A stretch of DNA of 64,000 nucleotides from an uncultured bacterium (GTDB lineage Bacteria > Chlamydiota > Chlamydiia > Chlamydiales > SM23-39), in contig CAZVHA010000001.1 in the NCBI GenBank assembly GCA_964626905.1, positions 449,803 through 513,802 of the forward strand. Direction: 5' to 3'. Under the pieces are notes generated by a model that was not told the origin of the DNA, did no database searches, and was given only the letters and a program-made list of their open reading frames with translations. The position numbers and the translations under genes are program-made. This document shows positions 27,854-38,709 of this stretch, piece by piece (within the stretch, counting starts at the first letter, position 1; each line of letters starts with the position of its first letter).

Positions 27854-28609
27854 TTACATCACCATTCCGCCATCGACTGTGAGCACTTGCCCGGTCACGT
27901 ACCCGGCAAGATCACTGGCTAAAAACAGTGCAGCATGAGCGATATCGCGTGGATTGCCGATACGGCTCATCGGTATTTTCGACAAAATGGCCTCTTTCAC
28001 TGCCGGGGCAAGCAGATCGGTCATCTGGGTCTCAATGTAGCCCGGCGCAATGCAATTGACCCGAATATTTCGGCTTGCGAGCTCTTTCGCAAGCGACTTC
28101 GTAAATCCAATCATCCCCGATTTCGATGCGGCGTAATTCACCTGTCCCGCATTTCCGGTAAGTCCGATCACCGAGGTAATATTAATGATATTTCCACTGC
28201 GCGCCTTCATCATCGGGCGGCTCATCGCTTTACAAGTGTGATAGACCGACTTCAAATTGACGTCCAGGACGAGATTCCAATCCTCTTCGCTCATTCTCAT
28301 GAGCAAATTGTCCCTCGTAATCCCCGCATTATTCACCAAAATATCGATCTTCCCAAACTCTTGGATGATTTTCCCAAAGGCCTCTTCGACTTCGGCAGCC
28401 TTCGAGACGTTGGCGATAGAGGAGAGCACCTTTTGCCCCGGATCCAATCGGCACGCCTCAATCTCTTTTACAGCAAGCGCCGCCCTCTCAGCATTCGTCC
28501 CTAAAATCGCAACATCTGCCCCATGCTCTGCAAATAGACAGGCAATCGCCTTTCCAATCCCCGCAGTCCCCCCGGTAATGAGCGCCGTTTTTCCCTTAAG
28601 TAGCTGCAT
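27854..28609 (-). CDS. fabG: 3-oxoacyl-ACP reductase
   Basis: TGGTAGIG, NNAGITRD, YAASK. Confidence 0.96.
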   Translation of the reverse strand: MQLLKGKTALITGGTAGIGKAIACLFAEHGADVAILGTNAERAALAVKEIEACRLDPGQKVLSSIANVSKAAEVEEAFGKIIQEFGKIDILVNNAGITRDNLLMRMSEEDWNLVLDVNLKSVYHTCKAMSRPMMKARSGNIINITSVIGLTGNAGQVNYAASKSGMIGFTKSLAKELASRNIRVNCIAPGYIETQMTDLLAPAVKEAILSKIPMSRIGNPRDIAHAALFLASDLAGYVTGQVLTVDGGMVM

Positions 28610-29516
28610 ATACAAACTCCAAATCTTTGAGAACTTCAATCGAATGGGCAGAAGAGATTCCCATCTTTTTCCCAAGGCCTGTGAGGGTTTTTCCACACCC
28701 GATTTCTAAAAATTGATCGATGCCAGCTTCTTGCATAGCCAAAACTCCCTGCTCCCACTTCACCGGTTGGGTCACTTGGGAAATGAGAAATTTCCGCACC
28801 TCGGCCACCCCTTTGACGTATGATCCCGGCACGTTCATCACAAAACCAATAGAGCTCTCAGAGATGTTCGCCCCTTCAATAAAAGGGGTGAGCCCCTCTT
28901 GGGCGCTTCGCATTAAAGGACTATGGAAAGCTCCGCCGACGCTGAGCGGCAAAACTCGTCTTGCCCCTTTCGCCTTTAAATGCTCCATCGCCAGAGCAAT
29001 CCCCTCTTTCGTTCCCGAAATCACCGTCTGCGCTGGCGCATTGAAATTGGCCACCCACACCCCTTTTAATTCTTGCACCGCAAGGAGCACTTCTGGCGCT
29101 AGTAGGCCGAGAACTGCCGCCATTGTCCCCGGAGCTTTTTGGCACGCCTCATTCATGAGCCTCCCCCGTTCTCTCACGAGAAAAAGGGTTTTTTGAAAGG
29201 AGAGCCTTCCGGATGCGAAAAGGGCAGTATACTCCCCTAAACTTAAGCCCGAACAGACACTCGGGACAATCTCCGGCAGTTGCTGCCGAACAACCCTTAA
29301 AATCGCAACACTTGCAATAAAGATCGCGAGCTGACTGTTTTTTGTCTCTGTCAGCGTCTCTTCAGGCCCTTCAAAAATAATTTTTGAGAATTTTTCCCCG
29401 AGAAGATCATCCGCCTCTTGGAAAGTCTCTTTGGCAATGGCAAATGAGTCAAAAAAATCTTTTCCCATCCCCACCTTTTGAGCCCCTTGTCCGGGGAAAA
29501 CAAAGGCCCACTTCAT
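28596..29516 (-). CDS. fabD: Malonyl-CoA:ACP transacylase
   Basis: FPGQGAQ, GLSLGEY, GAFHS. Confidence 0.96.
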   Translation of the reverse strand: MKWAFVFPGQGAQKVGMGKDFFDSFAIAKETFQEADDLLGEKFSKIIFEGPEETLTETKNSQLAIFIASVAILRVVRQQLPEIVPSVCSGLSLGEYTALFASGRLSFQKTLFLVRERGRLMNEACQKAPGTMAAVLGLLAPEVLLAVQELKGVWVANFNAPAQTVISGTKEGIALAMEHLKAKGARRVLPLSVGGAFHSPLMRSAQEGLTPFIEGANISESSIGFVMNVPGSYVKGVAEVRKFLISQVTQPVKWEQGVLAMQEAGIDQFLEIGCGKTLTGLGKKMGISSAHSIEVLKDLEFVYAAT

Positions 29517-30505
29517 TCGGCCCCCAAAATCGCAGCGCCCCAGGTAAGCCCAGAGCCAAATCCGGTCAACATGACCTTTTCCCCTTTTTGTAGGGGGCCC
29601 CTCTTTAAGAGTTCGTCCAGAGCAATGACAACGGAAGAGGCCGAGGTATTTCCATACTTATGGACTGTTTTAAAGATCCTTTCGGGCGGCAAATGCTCAA
29701 AGCGCTTTGCGATCGCATCGATAATCCGGACATTCGCCTGATGGGGGACGAGCCAACTGATCTCTTTTTCTGTGAGTCCAGCCCCCTCAAGACAGCTTTT
29801 GCAAGCCATCTCCATCCTTCGGACGGCATGCTTAAACACCTCGTTGCCGGCCATTTGAATGAAATGTTCGCAATTGTCGATGGTTTTTTGCGATGCTGGC
29901 TTGCGCACACCGCCCGCGGGCATGATGATCAGCTCTGAAAGGTCCCCATCCGCCCCTAATTCAATGTTTTCAATGGCAAGGCCTTTCCCTTCTGAAGAGA
30001 CGACGCAGCTGGCCGCCCCATCGCCAAAAAGGACACAAGTCGAGCGGTCTTTGTAATTCGTGATGGCGGAAAGTTTTTCCGTCGTGACGAGCAAAATGTT
30101 TTTATACACCCCACTTTCAATAAAAGACTTTGCGATGGCAAGAAGGTAGAGAAAACCGGCACAGGCAGCCTGAATATCGGCTCCGGCCGCTTTTTTGGCC
30201 CCGATTGCGCTTTGGATAAGACAGGCAGTGCTCGGGAAAATATAGTCTGGGGTGATGGTCGCAACCAAGATGAAATCGATCTGATCGGGGGTCATTTTAG
30301 CATCTGCAAGGGCGAGGAGGGCCGCTTTTGCGCCCATCTGGGATGTGAACTCATCCTCTTTCGCGATGCGCCGCTCTTTCATTCCGGTACGGGTCACAAT
30401 CCACTCGTCCGAGGTGTCGACCAACTTTTCTAAATCGGCATTGGAGAGCACCCTCTCAGGCAGGTAGGAACCTGTACCTATAATTTTTGCTTTACATCTC
30501 GTCAT
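29513..30505 (-). CDS. fabH: 3-oxoacyl-ACP synthase III
   Basis: AACAGF, PHQAN, GNTSAS. Confidence 0.96.
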   Translation of the reverse strand: MTRCKAKIIGTGSYLPERVLSNADLEKLVDTSDEWIVTRTGMKERRIAKEDEFTSQMGAKAALLALADAKMTPDQIDFILVATITPDYIFPSTACLIQSAIGAKKAAGADIQAACAGFLYLLAIAKSFIESGVYKNILLVTTEKLSAITNYKDRSTCVLFGDGAASCVVSSEGKGLAIENIELGADGDLSELIIMPAGGVRKPASQKTIDNCEHFIQMAGNEVFKHAVRRMEMACKSCLEGAGLTEKEISWLVPHQANVRIIDAIAKRFEHLPPERIFKTVHKYGNTSASSVVIALDELLKRGPLQKGEKVMLTGFGSGLTWGAAILGAE

Positions 30506-30612
30506 ATATGGGAGCGAGTCTACCCGATCGCCCTTTAATTGGAAAGGGAGGACTGATAGCAAATCAAATTTTAATCATGCCTAAAATTGGCTCTCTTGAT
30601 AAATTAGTCGTT

Positions 30613-31212
30613 ATGGCGCATCGATACCCGGAAGAACTCGTCAAACTGATCGCCCACCTAAAGAAATGGCCAGGTGTGGGCACTCGCACTGCTGAGCGGT
30701 TCGCTTTTGAGCTCCTCAGGTGGGAGGAGAGCGAGCTCCGGGCACTTGGGAAAACGCTTTTCGATCTCAAAGAAAAGGTCCCTCCCTGCCCCACTTGCGG
30801 CTGTCTTTACAATGGAACATCATGCTCTTTTTGCCACCCACATCGCGATCCCACATCTCTTTGCATCCTCGCATCAGCCAAAGATGCCTTTGCAATCGAA
30901 GAGACGGGGCAGTATAAAGGTCTATATCACGTAATCGAACATCTCCTCTCGCCGCTCGACGGCAGACACTCGCACACTTTACGTCTCGATCTTCTTGAAT
31001 CGAGAATTCAGGAAAACAAAGTGAGTGAGATCATCATCGCATTTGATTCGACTCTCGAGGGAGATACAACGGCCCTCTATTTGAAAAAGCAACTCGAAAG
31101 GCCCAATCTTTTCATTTCAAGACTCGGTTGCGGCGTTCCTGTGGGAAGCAGTTTAGAAGCAATTGACGGAGGGACCTTGTCTCGCGCATTTGTGACAAGA
31201 CAAAAGATCTGA
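30613..31212 (+). CDS. recR: Recombination protein RecR
   Basis: PGVGTRTAERFAF, C4 zinc finger, Toprim EGDTTALY. Confidence 0.95.
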   Translation: MAHRYPEELVKLIAHLKKWPGVGTRTAERFAFELLRWEESELRALGKTLFDLKEKVPPCPTCGCLYNGTSCSFCHPHRDPTSLCILASAKDAFAIEETGQYKGLYHVIEHLLSPLDGRHSHTLRLDLLESRIQENKVSEIIIAFDSTLEGDTTALYLKKQLERPNLFISRLGCGVPVGSSLEAIDGGTLSRAFVTRQKI

Positions 31213-31265
31213 TTTACAGAAAATCCCCCCACTTTCTATAATCAGACGACTACGGATAACCAAAA

Positions 31266-33674
31266 ATGCAACTGTTGAGATCCTACGCACTACTCTCCAT
31301 TCTCCTCGCGAGCGCAGTAGCTCCATTTCCGATATATGGCGCTGAGGTTTATGACGAAAAGAAGGTTTGCGAAATTGAAATTCTCGTCGACTCTAAAGAT
31401 GGGACGAGTGTCGATTCGGGCCCCATTTTGTCTCGGTTAAAGACGCAAAAGGGAGACGATTTTTCCCAACTTACGTTTGACAGCGATCTCAAGGCGCTCG
31501 CCGATGAATATGATCGCGTAGAGCCCTCAATCCAACTTAAAAACGGCTGTGTCTACATCACCATTCACATTGCCCCAAAGCCGATCATCCACCAGATTCT
31601 TTGGAATGGCAATCTGCAATACAGCACATCGACCTTAAAAAAAGAGCTCGATATTCAGCCAAATACCGTGTTCAACCGACAAGAGTTCAACAAGGCTTTC
31701 AACAAACTCAAAGAGTTTTACTTTAAAAAGGGCTATTTCGAATCGCAGCTCTCCTATTATCTCCAACCGGTACCTGGAAGCAACCAAATCGACATCCACG
31801 TCGACGTGCAAGAGGGGCGCCCTGGGCACATTCTGAAGATCGTCCTCAACGGTTTCACAAAATCGGAACAGAGCGATATCGAAGAGCAAATGTATCTCAA
31901 AAAGTACAACTTTTTGCTCAGTTGGATTACCGGATCTGGGATCTATCGCGATGAGGCCTTAGAGCAAGATCGGATGACGATTCTCAACTTCTTGCACAAT
32001 AAGGGCTACGCCGATGCGCGGGTCCAAATCAATCTCATTGAAGATCCCCAAAGTGGGAAATTGATCATCGACATCAATGCCGAGCGGGGCCCCATGTACC
32101 ACTTTGGATCGGTCACTTTTGAGGGAAATACTCTCGTCTCGGACGGCGAGATCGCCAAAAAGTCGCTCATTGCTGAAGGGGGCAATTTTTCCCCTGAGAA
32201 AGTGCGCGACACATCGCAAGCGATCAAAGATCTCTACGGCCAAAAAGGGTATATCGATGCGAGCGTGCAATACGAGACCAATGTGACTGAGGACGAGCCC
32301 GTTTTCGACGTCCATTACACAATCGATGAGGGGCAACAATACAAGGTGGGGTTGATCCATATCTTTGGCAACTCGTCGACGAATAGCAATGTGATCTTGC
32401 GCGAATCGCTCCTCGTCCCTGGAGAGACGTTCGACTCTCGCAAATTGAAAGCGACACAGCAAAGGCTTGAGGGAATCGGCTATTTTAAAAGCGTCAACGT
32501 CTATGCAGTTCGATCGGCAGATGACGAGGATTTGGGGGACACTTATAGAGACGTCTATATCGAGGTAGAGGAGACGACGACGGGGAATGTGAGTCTCTTT
32601 ATGGGCTTTAGCTCTATGGATGATGTCTTTGGCGGACTCGATTTGACGGAGCGCAACTTTAACCTGCGGGGTTTGAGCAAGGCTTGGAGAGGGCAACTGT
32701 CGGCAATGCGCGGCGGCGGAGAGTTTTTCCACGTGAAGGCCACGGTGGGTAAAAAGCAGAATAACCTTTTGATCTCATGGATGAACCCCTACGTCAACGA
32801 TACCCTTTGGCGGCTCGGCGTTGAATTGAGTAGAACCTTTAGCGAACTGCAAAAACATGTCATTGTGGTCTCCTACGGTGGATCGGTCTATGCCAACTAT
32901 CCGCTCACCAATTACTGGACGGCTGGGATGCGTCAGCGCTTAAGACACTCTAAAGACGATCTCAGCCTTCACCCGCTCGGAAATTCTGCCATTGCGATCA
33001 ACTCGGTCAATGAGGCCAAGACGTCGCTGGATCAAAAGGGCCTTGTCTCTGCCTTTAGCGGGAATTTGAGCTATGACTCGACCGACAATGCGTTCAAGCC
33101 CCATCGAGGCTGGCGCTCCTACCTTGAGGCTGAGGTGGTCGGAGTTGGGGGGAATTACGATTTCTTCAAAGCGAGCTATCTCAATTCGATCTACTTCCCT
33201 ATCTGGCGCAAAGGGACACTGAAGCTGAGAGGCGATTTCAAATATATCTTTGCCTATGGCAGGACATCGAAGAAAGAGGTCCCCTATAGTGAGCGGTTCT
33301 TCCTCGGGGGTGAAACGACAGTGCGCGGCTATAAGCCGTTCCTCTTGGGACCGGCCGTTGAACTCGTCAATGACGCGGGGCAGAGCGAGCCGACCAACAC
33401 ACCCTATGGGGGCCTCTCCTCATCGCTCCTTTCTCTTGAGTACAATCAGGAGATCTTTAGGATGTTGGATATCTTTGGCTTTGTCGATGTGGGCAGCCTT
33501 GAGTTTAAAGAGATTTCCATTTCGAAGATCAGACCTACAGCGGGTGCTGGAATTCGGATTGACATTGGAAACCGGACCCCGATCATCGTCGGTTATGGTA
33601 TTCCTCTAGTCAAAAAAGACCGAAATCACCGAAAATGGCAGAAAGTCTTCTTCTCAATGGGTGGACAATTTTAA
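31266..33674 (+). CDS. bamA: Outer membrane protein assembly factor BamA
   Basis: POTRA repeats, VRGY, C-terminal F; promoter TTTACA-18-TATAAT at 31213-31242. Confidence 0.96.
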   Translation: MQLLRSYALLSILLASAVAPFPIYGAEVYDEKKVCEIEILVDSKDGTSVDSGPILSRLKTQKGDDFSQLTFDSDLKALADEYDRVEPSIQLKNGCVYITIHIAPKPIIHQILWNGNLQYSTSTLKKELDIQPNTVFNRQEFNKAFNKLKEFYFKKGYFESQLSYYLQPVPGSNQIDIHVDVQEGRPGHILKIVLNGFTKSEQSDIEEQMYLKKYNFLLSWITGSGIYRDEALEQDRMTILNFLHNKGYADARVQINLIEDPQSGKLIIDINAERGPMYHFGSVTFEGNTLVSDGEIAKKSLIAEGGNFSPEKVRDTSQAIKDLYGQKGYIDASVQYETNVTEDEPVFDVHYTIDEGQQYKVGLIHIFGNSSTNSNVILRESLLVPGETFDSRKLKATQQRLEGIGYFKSVNVYAVRSADDEDLGDTYRDVYIEVEETTTGNVSLFMGFSSMDDVFGGLDLTERNFNLRGLSKAWRGQLSAMRGGGEFFHVKATVGKKQNNLLISWMNPYVNDTLWRLGVELSRTFSELQKHVIVVSYGGSVYANYPLTNYWTAGMRQRLRHSKDDLSLHPLGNSAIAINSVNEAKTSLDQKGLVSAFSGNLSYDSTDNAFKPHRGWRSYLEAEVVGVGGNYDFFKASYLNSIYFPIWRKGTLKLRGDFKYIFAYGRTSKKEVPYSERFFLGGETTVRGYKPFLLGPAVELVNDAGQSEPTNTPYGGLSSSLLSLEYNQEIFRMLDIFGFVDVGSLEFKEISISKIRPTAGAGIRIDIGNRTPIIVGYGIPLVKKDRNHRKWQKVFFSMGGQF

Positions 33675-33691
33675 CAAAAATGTAAAGGAGC

Positions 33692-34315
33692 ATGTATATG
33701 CAAAAATTTTTCCTTATAGCTGCTGCGGCGGCGACAGTTCTGTCGGGCGCAGTGAGTGCAAGTGATCGCCATGATTCAGAACTTCCTGTGATTGGCGTGG
33801 TCAATTTTGCCAGCTGTATCACCGAATCCAAAGCGGGTAAAAAAGAGCAGGAGAATTTAGAAGTGATGCGCAAGCAGCTGACCGAGCTGGTTGAAAGCAC
33901 AGATCTGGAATTGCGAGAGATTTCGGCGAAATTTGAAGATCCCGAGTATTTGGACAGCCTTTCCCCCAAAGCGGAAGAGGAGCTGAAGACAAAATTCCAA
34001 GCGAGACAAGAAGATCTTTCCCGCTATCAAAACCAGTTTTACCAAATGATGAACCACGCGCAGATGCAGATGCTGCAAAAAATCAGCAGCAATATCGCAA
34101 AGGCATCTGAGATGGTTGCGAGTGAAAGAAAGCTCGATTACGTCATGAATAAAGAGGCCTGTTTCTACATCAGACCCGATCTCGATGTGACCCCACTTGT
34201 GATTGGAGAGATGGACAAAAACTTTGAACTCGATGAGAAAGCGAGAAAGCTCACAGACAATGTAGAGCAAGTCCAACCGCTCGATGAAACTTTGCTTGAG
34301 GATCAGGCGGGTTAA
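33692..34315 (+). CDS. skp: OmpH/Skp chaperone
   Basis: Signal peptide, IGVVNF, coiled coil; lies between bamA and lpxD. Confidence 0.9.
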   Translation: MYMQKFFLIAAAAATVLSGAVSASDRHDSELPVIGVVNFASCITESKAGKKEQENLEVMRKQLTELVESTDLELREISAKFEDPEYLDSLSPKAEEELKTKFQARQEDLSRYQNQFYQMMNHAQMQMLQKISSNIAKASEMVASERKLDYVMNKEACFYIRPDLDVTPLVIGEMDKNFELDEKARKLTDNVEQVQPLDETLLEDQAG

Positions 34316-35358
34316 TGAGCTATACGCTCGAAGAGCTGGGCGCACTCCTCGGCGCCCAATGGATCGGCGATCCAAGTAGCGTCATTTCGGGTGTCAACAC
34401 ACTTGAAGAGGCGCTCCCTCAGGACGCCTCTTTCCTTGCAAATCCCCGCTACACTGAGGCGATGAAGAAGAGCCGTGCGGGGGTCATTTGCATCTCGTTT
34501 AAGGCCGAAATTTCTGAGGGGAAAAACTATCTTCTTTCGGACGATCCTTCCCGCACATTTCAGCAAATCATCGAGCTGCTCATCCCGACGGGGAGCAGTG
34601 GATTTAGCGGCATTCATCCGAGTGCGGTGATCCACGAGAGCGCGAAAATCGGCGCCAATGTGTCGATCGGGCCACATGCAGTGATCGATCGGGACGTAAA
34701 AATTGGGGCAGGTACGCGGATTGGCCCTGGCGTCTGTATCGGCTTTGAAGTGGAGATTGGGGAAAAGTGTGAGCTCCACCCCAATTCTGTTGTCCGGGAA
34801 AGGTGCCGTTTGGGAAGCCGGGTCATATTGCAACCGGGGGCGATCATTGGCTCTTGTGGTTTTGGCTATACTCCCGATGTTTTTGGCAGGCACATCAAGT
34901 TGGAGCAGGTGGGCATCGTCATTTTGGAAGACGATGTGGAAATTGGGGCGAATACGACGATTGACCGCTCCCGATTTAAGGCGACCATTGTCCGTGAAGG
35001 GACCAAAATCGACAACCTCGTCCAAATTGCCCACAATGTAGAGGTGGGCGAACACAACATCATTGCGGCGCAAACGGGGATTGCCGGCTCGGCGAAGACC
35101 GGAAAGTACGTGATGTTGGGGGGGCAAGTGGGGGTCGTTGGACACGTCGAGCTTGAGGATCACGTCCTCATTGCGACCCGCGGCGGGGTGAGCAAGTCTT
35201 TGAAAAAGGGGAAATATCGGGGCAGTCCTGCCATTCCGATCAACGACTATCACCGTCAAGAGGTGTATGTGCGCAAGCTTGAAGAGTATACGCAAAGGCT
35301 AAAACAGCTCGAAGAAAAGCTGCAAAATTGTAATAGCTCAGTCCCCTGTGGGACCTGA
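34315..35358 (+). CDS. lpxD: UDP-3-O-acylglucosamine N-acyltransferase
   Basis: Hexapeptide repeats, GFGY, KIDNLVQIAHN. Confidence 0.96.
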   Translation: MSYTLEELGALLGAQWIGDPSSVISGVNTLEEALPQDASFLANPRYTEAMKKSRAGVICISFKAEISEGKNYLLSDDPSRTFQQIIELLIPTGSSGFSGIHPSAVIHESAKIGANVSIGPHAVIDRDVKIGAGTRIGPGVCIGFEVEIGEKCELHPNSVVRERCRLGSRVILQPGAIIGSCGFGYTPDVFGRHIKLEQVGIVILEDDVEIGANTTIDRSRFKATIVREGTKIDNLVQIAHNVEVGEHNIIAAQTGIAGSAKTGKYVMLGGQVGVVGHVELEDHVLIATRGGVSKSLKKGKYRGSPAIPINDYHRQEVYVRKLEEYTQRLKQLEEKLQNCNSSVPCGT

Positions 35359-35413
35359 ACTGTTACGCAGAATTCTCTTGTCTCTTGAGCCCTTTTCGCG
35401 GTAGACAGGGGGT

Positions 35414-36334
35414 ATGCTTGAGATCTATTTAAAAGAGCAGCGGGATAGCCCTTTCAAACAGATTGCCGAATTTCTCCCTGGCAGTTGGATCTATGCGAAG
35501 GAGGCAAACCTCGAAGATCTGACGCGGATTGCCGAAGTGACCAAGATCGAGCTCAACGACTTGAGAGATAGTTTAGATAAATATGAATTGCCCCGCGTCG
35601 AGCATATCGATGACAACGTCCTTTTTTTTCTCCGCCATCCGGCGGGCGCAGAATTGGGTCTTTACACCGATACTCTCACCTTAATTTTGACAAACACCTA
35701 CATCATTGCGATCTCGCCTCATCAAAGTGAGGTCATTGAAAATCTGATTGCGAATAACACCCATTTAGGCGCCACACAAAAACCGAAATTGATTCTCCAC
35801 ATCCTCTTAAAAATCACGCAAGATTACACCAATAGCATCAAAAGAGTCCGCGCGAGCATTTTAGGGGCAGAAGAGCCGCCCAAAATTGTCGACAGCAACG
35901 CGATTGTCGTTTTGACGAAAAACGAAGAGATTTTGAACCAATACCTCACCTCTTTAGTGCCGATGCGCAATCTTTTAGAAAAGATGGCATCGGGCAGGTT
36001 TATGAATTTTTACGAGACCGATCTCGATCTTTTGGAAGATTTGATGATTGCGATGCACCAATCGGAAGATGTTTGCGGTGTCAATATCAAAAGCATTCGG
36101 AGTTTGCGAGACTCTTATCACATCATTTTCACAAATGATGTGAATCGGACGATCAAGCTTTTGACTGCGGTCACGATCATTTTCACAATCCCTACGATCA
36201 TCGCATCTATTTATGGGATGAACGTGGGGCTCCCTTTCCAAGGCAAACCGTACGCCTTTCTCCTGATCATGGCGATCACTCTGGGCGCATCGATCATTGC
36301 CGTTTGGCTTTTTCGAAAAAATCGTTGGCTCTAA
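35414..36334 (+). CDS. CorA-family Mg2+ transporter
   Basis: YGMNV followed by a C-terminal TM. Confidence 0.9.
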   Translation: MLEIYLKEQRDSPFKQIAEFLPGSWIYAKEANLEDLTRIAEVTKIELNDLRDSLDKYELPRVEHIDDNVLFFLRHPAGAELGLYTDTLTLILTNTYIIAISPHQSEVIENLIANNTHLGATQKPKLILHILLKITQDYTNSIKRVRASILGAEEPPKIVDSNAIVVLTKNEEILNQYLTSLVPMRNLLEKMASGRFMNFYETDLDLLEDLMIAMHQSEDVCGVNIKSIRSLRDSYHIIFTNDVNRTIKLLTAVTIIFTIPTIIASIYGMNVGLPFQGKPYAFLLIMAITLGASIIAVWLFRKNRWL

Positions 36335-36382
36335 ATTTTTTCAACATCTATAATCCTTTCCCCAAAAAGCAAGAGGAAAAAG

Positions 36383-37249
36383 ATGTTTGCGAGTTTGATT
36401 TTCGGCGCTGCGGTGGTTACAGAATTTCAAGAGGCCCTTTATCCCGAATGGAGGCAGACGTTTGCGGTGGAAGAGATGATTGCGCAAGAGAAGACGAAAT
36501 TTTGGGATTTGGCTATTTTTGAAAACAAAATTTTCGGGAAAGTGATGGCCATCGATGGGATTGTGCAGATTACGGAAAAAGATGAGGGCGCCTATCATGA
36601 AATGCTGGTCCATGTTCCCCTTCTTTCCCATTCCAATCCAAAGTCCGTTTTGATCATTGGCGGCGGAGACGGCGGGATTTTACGCGAGGTTTTGAGACAT
36701 GAAAATATAGAGAGAGTCGTTCAGGTGGAAATTGACAAGACGATCATAGAGCTCTCCAAGAAGTATTTTCCCAGTGTATCCAATGGAGCGTTTGAGGATC
36801 CGAGGGCGAAAATTGTGATTCAAGATGGCGCCCATTTTGTCAAAACAAGCGAGGAGAGATTTGATGTGGTCATTGTCGATTCGAATGACCCAGAAGGTCC
36901 AGCGAAAATGCTATTCACTTCAGAATTTTATGGGGATTGCAAAAAGATTCTCCATCGAAACGGAATTTTGGTGAATCAAAACGGAGTCCCCTTTTTGCAA
37001 AAGGAGGAGCTTCATTTAACTGAAGAGAGGCGCAAACCCCATTTTAAAAACGTCACTTTTTATGTCGCATCTGTTCCAAGTTATACAGGAGGATTGATGG
37101 CGCTTGGCTGGGCATCGGATATGAAATACCGCGTTTCAGAAAAAATTCTGCAGGAGCGCTTATCGAAGATCAAAGGCAAAATGCACTACTACACACCCCA
37201 GATTCACAAGGCCTCATTTGCCCTGCCCCAGTTTATGATGGAGCGCTAA
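36383..37249 (+). CDS. speE: Polyamine aminopropyltransferase (spermidine synthase)
   Basis: DGIVQITE, YHEML, IIGGGDGG, VDSNDP. Confidence 0.93.
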   Translation: MFASLIFGAAVVTEFQEALYPEWRQTFAVEEMIAQEKTKFWDLAIFENKIFGKVMAIDGIVQITEKDEGAYHEMLVHVPLLSHSNPKSVLIIGGGDGGILREVLRHENIERVVQVEIDKTIIELSKKYFPSVSNGAFEDPRAKIVIQDGAHFVKTSEERFDVVIVDSNDPEGPAKMLFTSEFYGDCKKILHRNGILVNQNGVPFLQKEELHLTEERRKPHFKNVTFYVASVPSYTGGLMALGWASDMKYRVSEKILQERLSKIKGKMHYYTPQIHKASFALPQFMMER

Positions 37250-37373
37250 CCCTGTCGCATTAAAGGCGGTAAAATAACCACCGAGGACACCGAAAACACC
37301 GAGGCGCGGAAGCGCGCACTTTCCCCCTTTTTCTCGGTGTTTTCGGTGTCCTCGGTGGTTATTTTACCGCCTT
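37249..37373. repeat. Palindromic element family A, copy 2
   Basis: Perfect 41-bp arms at 37263-37303 and 37333-37373; loop has a GCGCG hairpin and a pyrimidine tract. Confidence 0.9.
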
Positions 37374-37381
37374 AAAAGAAA

Positions 37382-38680
37382 TCAAATGAGAAGCAAGGAA
37401 GGGTTTTCGAGGTATTTTTGGATTGTTTTGATGAATTTTGCGCTTTCAGCGCCGTCCAATACCCTGTGATCGGCAGAAAGGATTAAGCTCAGCTTCTTGC
37501 CGACAATCACCTCACCTCCTTTGACGCGGGGGCACTCTTCGATACCGCCGACGGCTAAAATGGCAGCTTGAGGAGGGTTGATGATGGCGGCAAAATCGGT
37601 CACGCCATACATTCCCATGTTGGAGATCGTGAAGGAGCCTCCCTTATACTCTTCCATTTTGAGTTTTCCAGCTCTTGCGCGTGCGGCCAGTTCTTTCATT
37701 TCGAGAGAAATTTCTCCCACATTTTTGTAATCGGCATGTCGGATGATGGGAGTGATGAGTCCCCCTTCAACGGTCACTGCAACAGAAATGTCGACCGTCT
37801 TGAATAAAATAACCGCCTGTTTTGCCGCATCGAAGCCGCTATTGGCATTTGGGTGTTCTCTTAAGGCGAGCGCGCAGGCCCGAATGACCAAATCGTTGAA
37901 GGTGATTTTCACATTTTTTGCTTTCAATTGCTCGCGCACCTGGAAAAGGGGGTCGGCATCGATCTCTTGCCTCACATAGATATGGGGGATAAAACTTTTG
38001 GCCTGTTGCAATCTTTGAGCAATCACTTTGCGCATTGGGCTCAAAGGGATCTCTTCGTAGCTGCCGGGGATCTCAGTCGGCATCTCTCTTGTTCCAAAAT
38101 GGACGCTTGTGCTCGGCTGTGCGAGATCGAGATCGCGCACTGAAATGCGCCCACCTGGGCCACTTCCTTTGACGGTTGTGAGATCGAGCCCTTTTTCTTT
38201 GGCCATTTTTTTTGCTAAAGGGGAGGCTGCAACCCGTTTTTTTGCCTCACCTGTCGGGAAGGGGAACTCATACTTTTCAAGGGGGAGTTCGGGAGTGAAT
38301 GAGGTCTGTTGCATGGGAGCTGTTCGCTCGCCTTCTGTCATTGTTTTTTTCAAGGGCAATTCTTCCTCTTTTTTTTCAGATGATTTAACTTGAACTTTGG
38401 GCAAAGTCCCCTCGGGCTGATACCCTTCGATGCTCTCATCTGCTTTTATTGTAAAAATGGCAATTGGCTGATTGACAATTGCTTGTCCGCCATTGGGAAC
38501 TAAAATTTTGCGCAAAAACCCCTCATCGAGGGCGTTGTATTCGACAGTGGCCTTGTCGGTGGCCACTTCGAGGAGAAGCTCTCCTGACTCAACGCGCTCC
38601 CCCTCATTTTTATGCCATTTCGCGATCGTCCCCTCTTCCATCGTGGGAGAGAGTTTTGGCATGGTCACTGTGAATGGCAT
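37382..38680 (-). CDS. pdhC: Pyruvate dehydrogenase E2
   Basis: Lipoyl TDKA, SNMGM, DHRVLDG. Confidence 0.96.
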   Translation of the reverse strand: MPFTVTMPKLSPTMEEGTIAKWHKNEGERVESGELLLEVATDKATVEYNALDEGFLRKILVPNGGQAIVNQPIAIFTIKADESIEGYQPEGTLPKVQVKSSEKKEEELPLKKTMTEGERTAPMQQTSFTPELPLEKYEFPFPTGEAKKRVAASPLAKKMAKEKGLDLTTVKGSGPGGRISVRDLDLAQPSTSVHFGTREMPTEIPGSYEEIPLSPMRKVIAQRLQQAKSFIPHIYVRQEIDADPLFQVREQLKAKNVKITFNDLVIRACALALREHPNANSGFDAAKQAVILFKTVDISVAVTVEGGLITPIIRHADYKNVGEISLEMKELAARARAGKLKMEEYKGGSFTISNMGMYGVTDFAAIINPPQAAILAVGGIEECPRVKGGEVIVGKKLSLILSADHRVLDGAESAKFIKTIQKYLENPSLLLI

Positions 38681-38709
38681 TCAAACACCTTGTGTATAAA
38701 AAAAACATT

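Noticed and set aside
34312-35295. Long antisense ORFs (also 17349-18368, 39861-40745, 31959-32732)
   Set aside because: Shadow frames of lpxD, trxB, pdhA and bamA, with no motifs of their own
37263-37373. CRISPR array
   Set aside because: The 9-bp units have no spacers, the structure is an inverted repeat, and no cas genes are present
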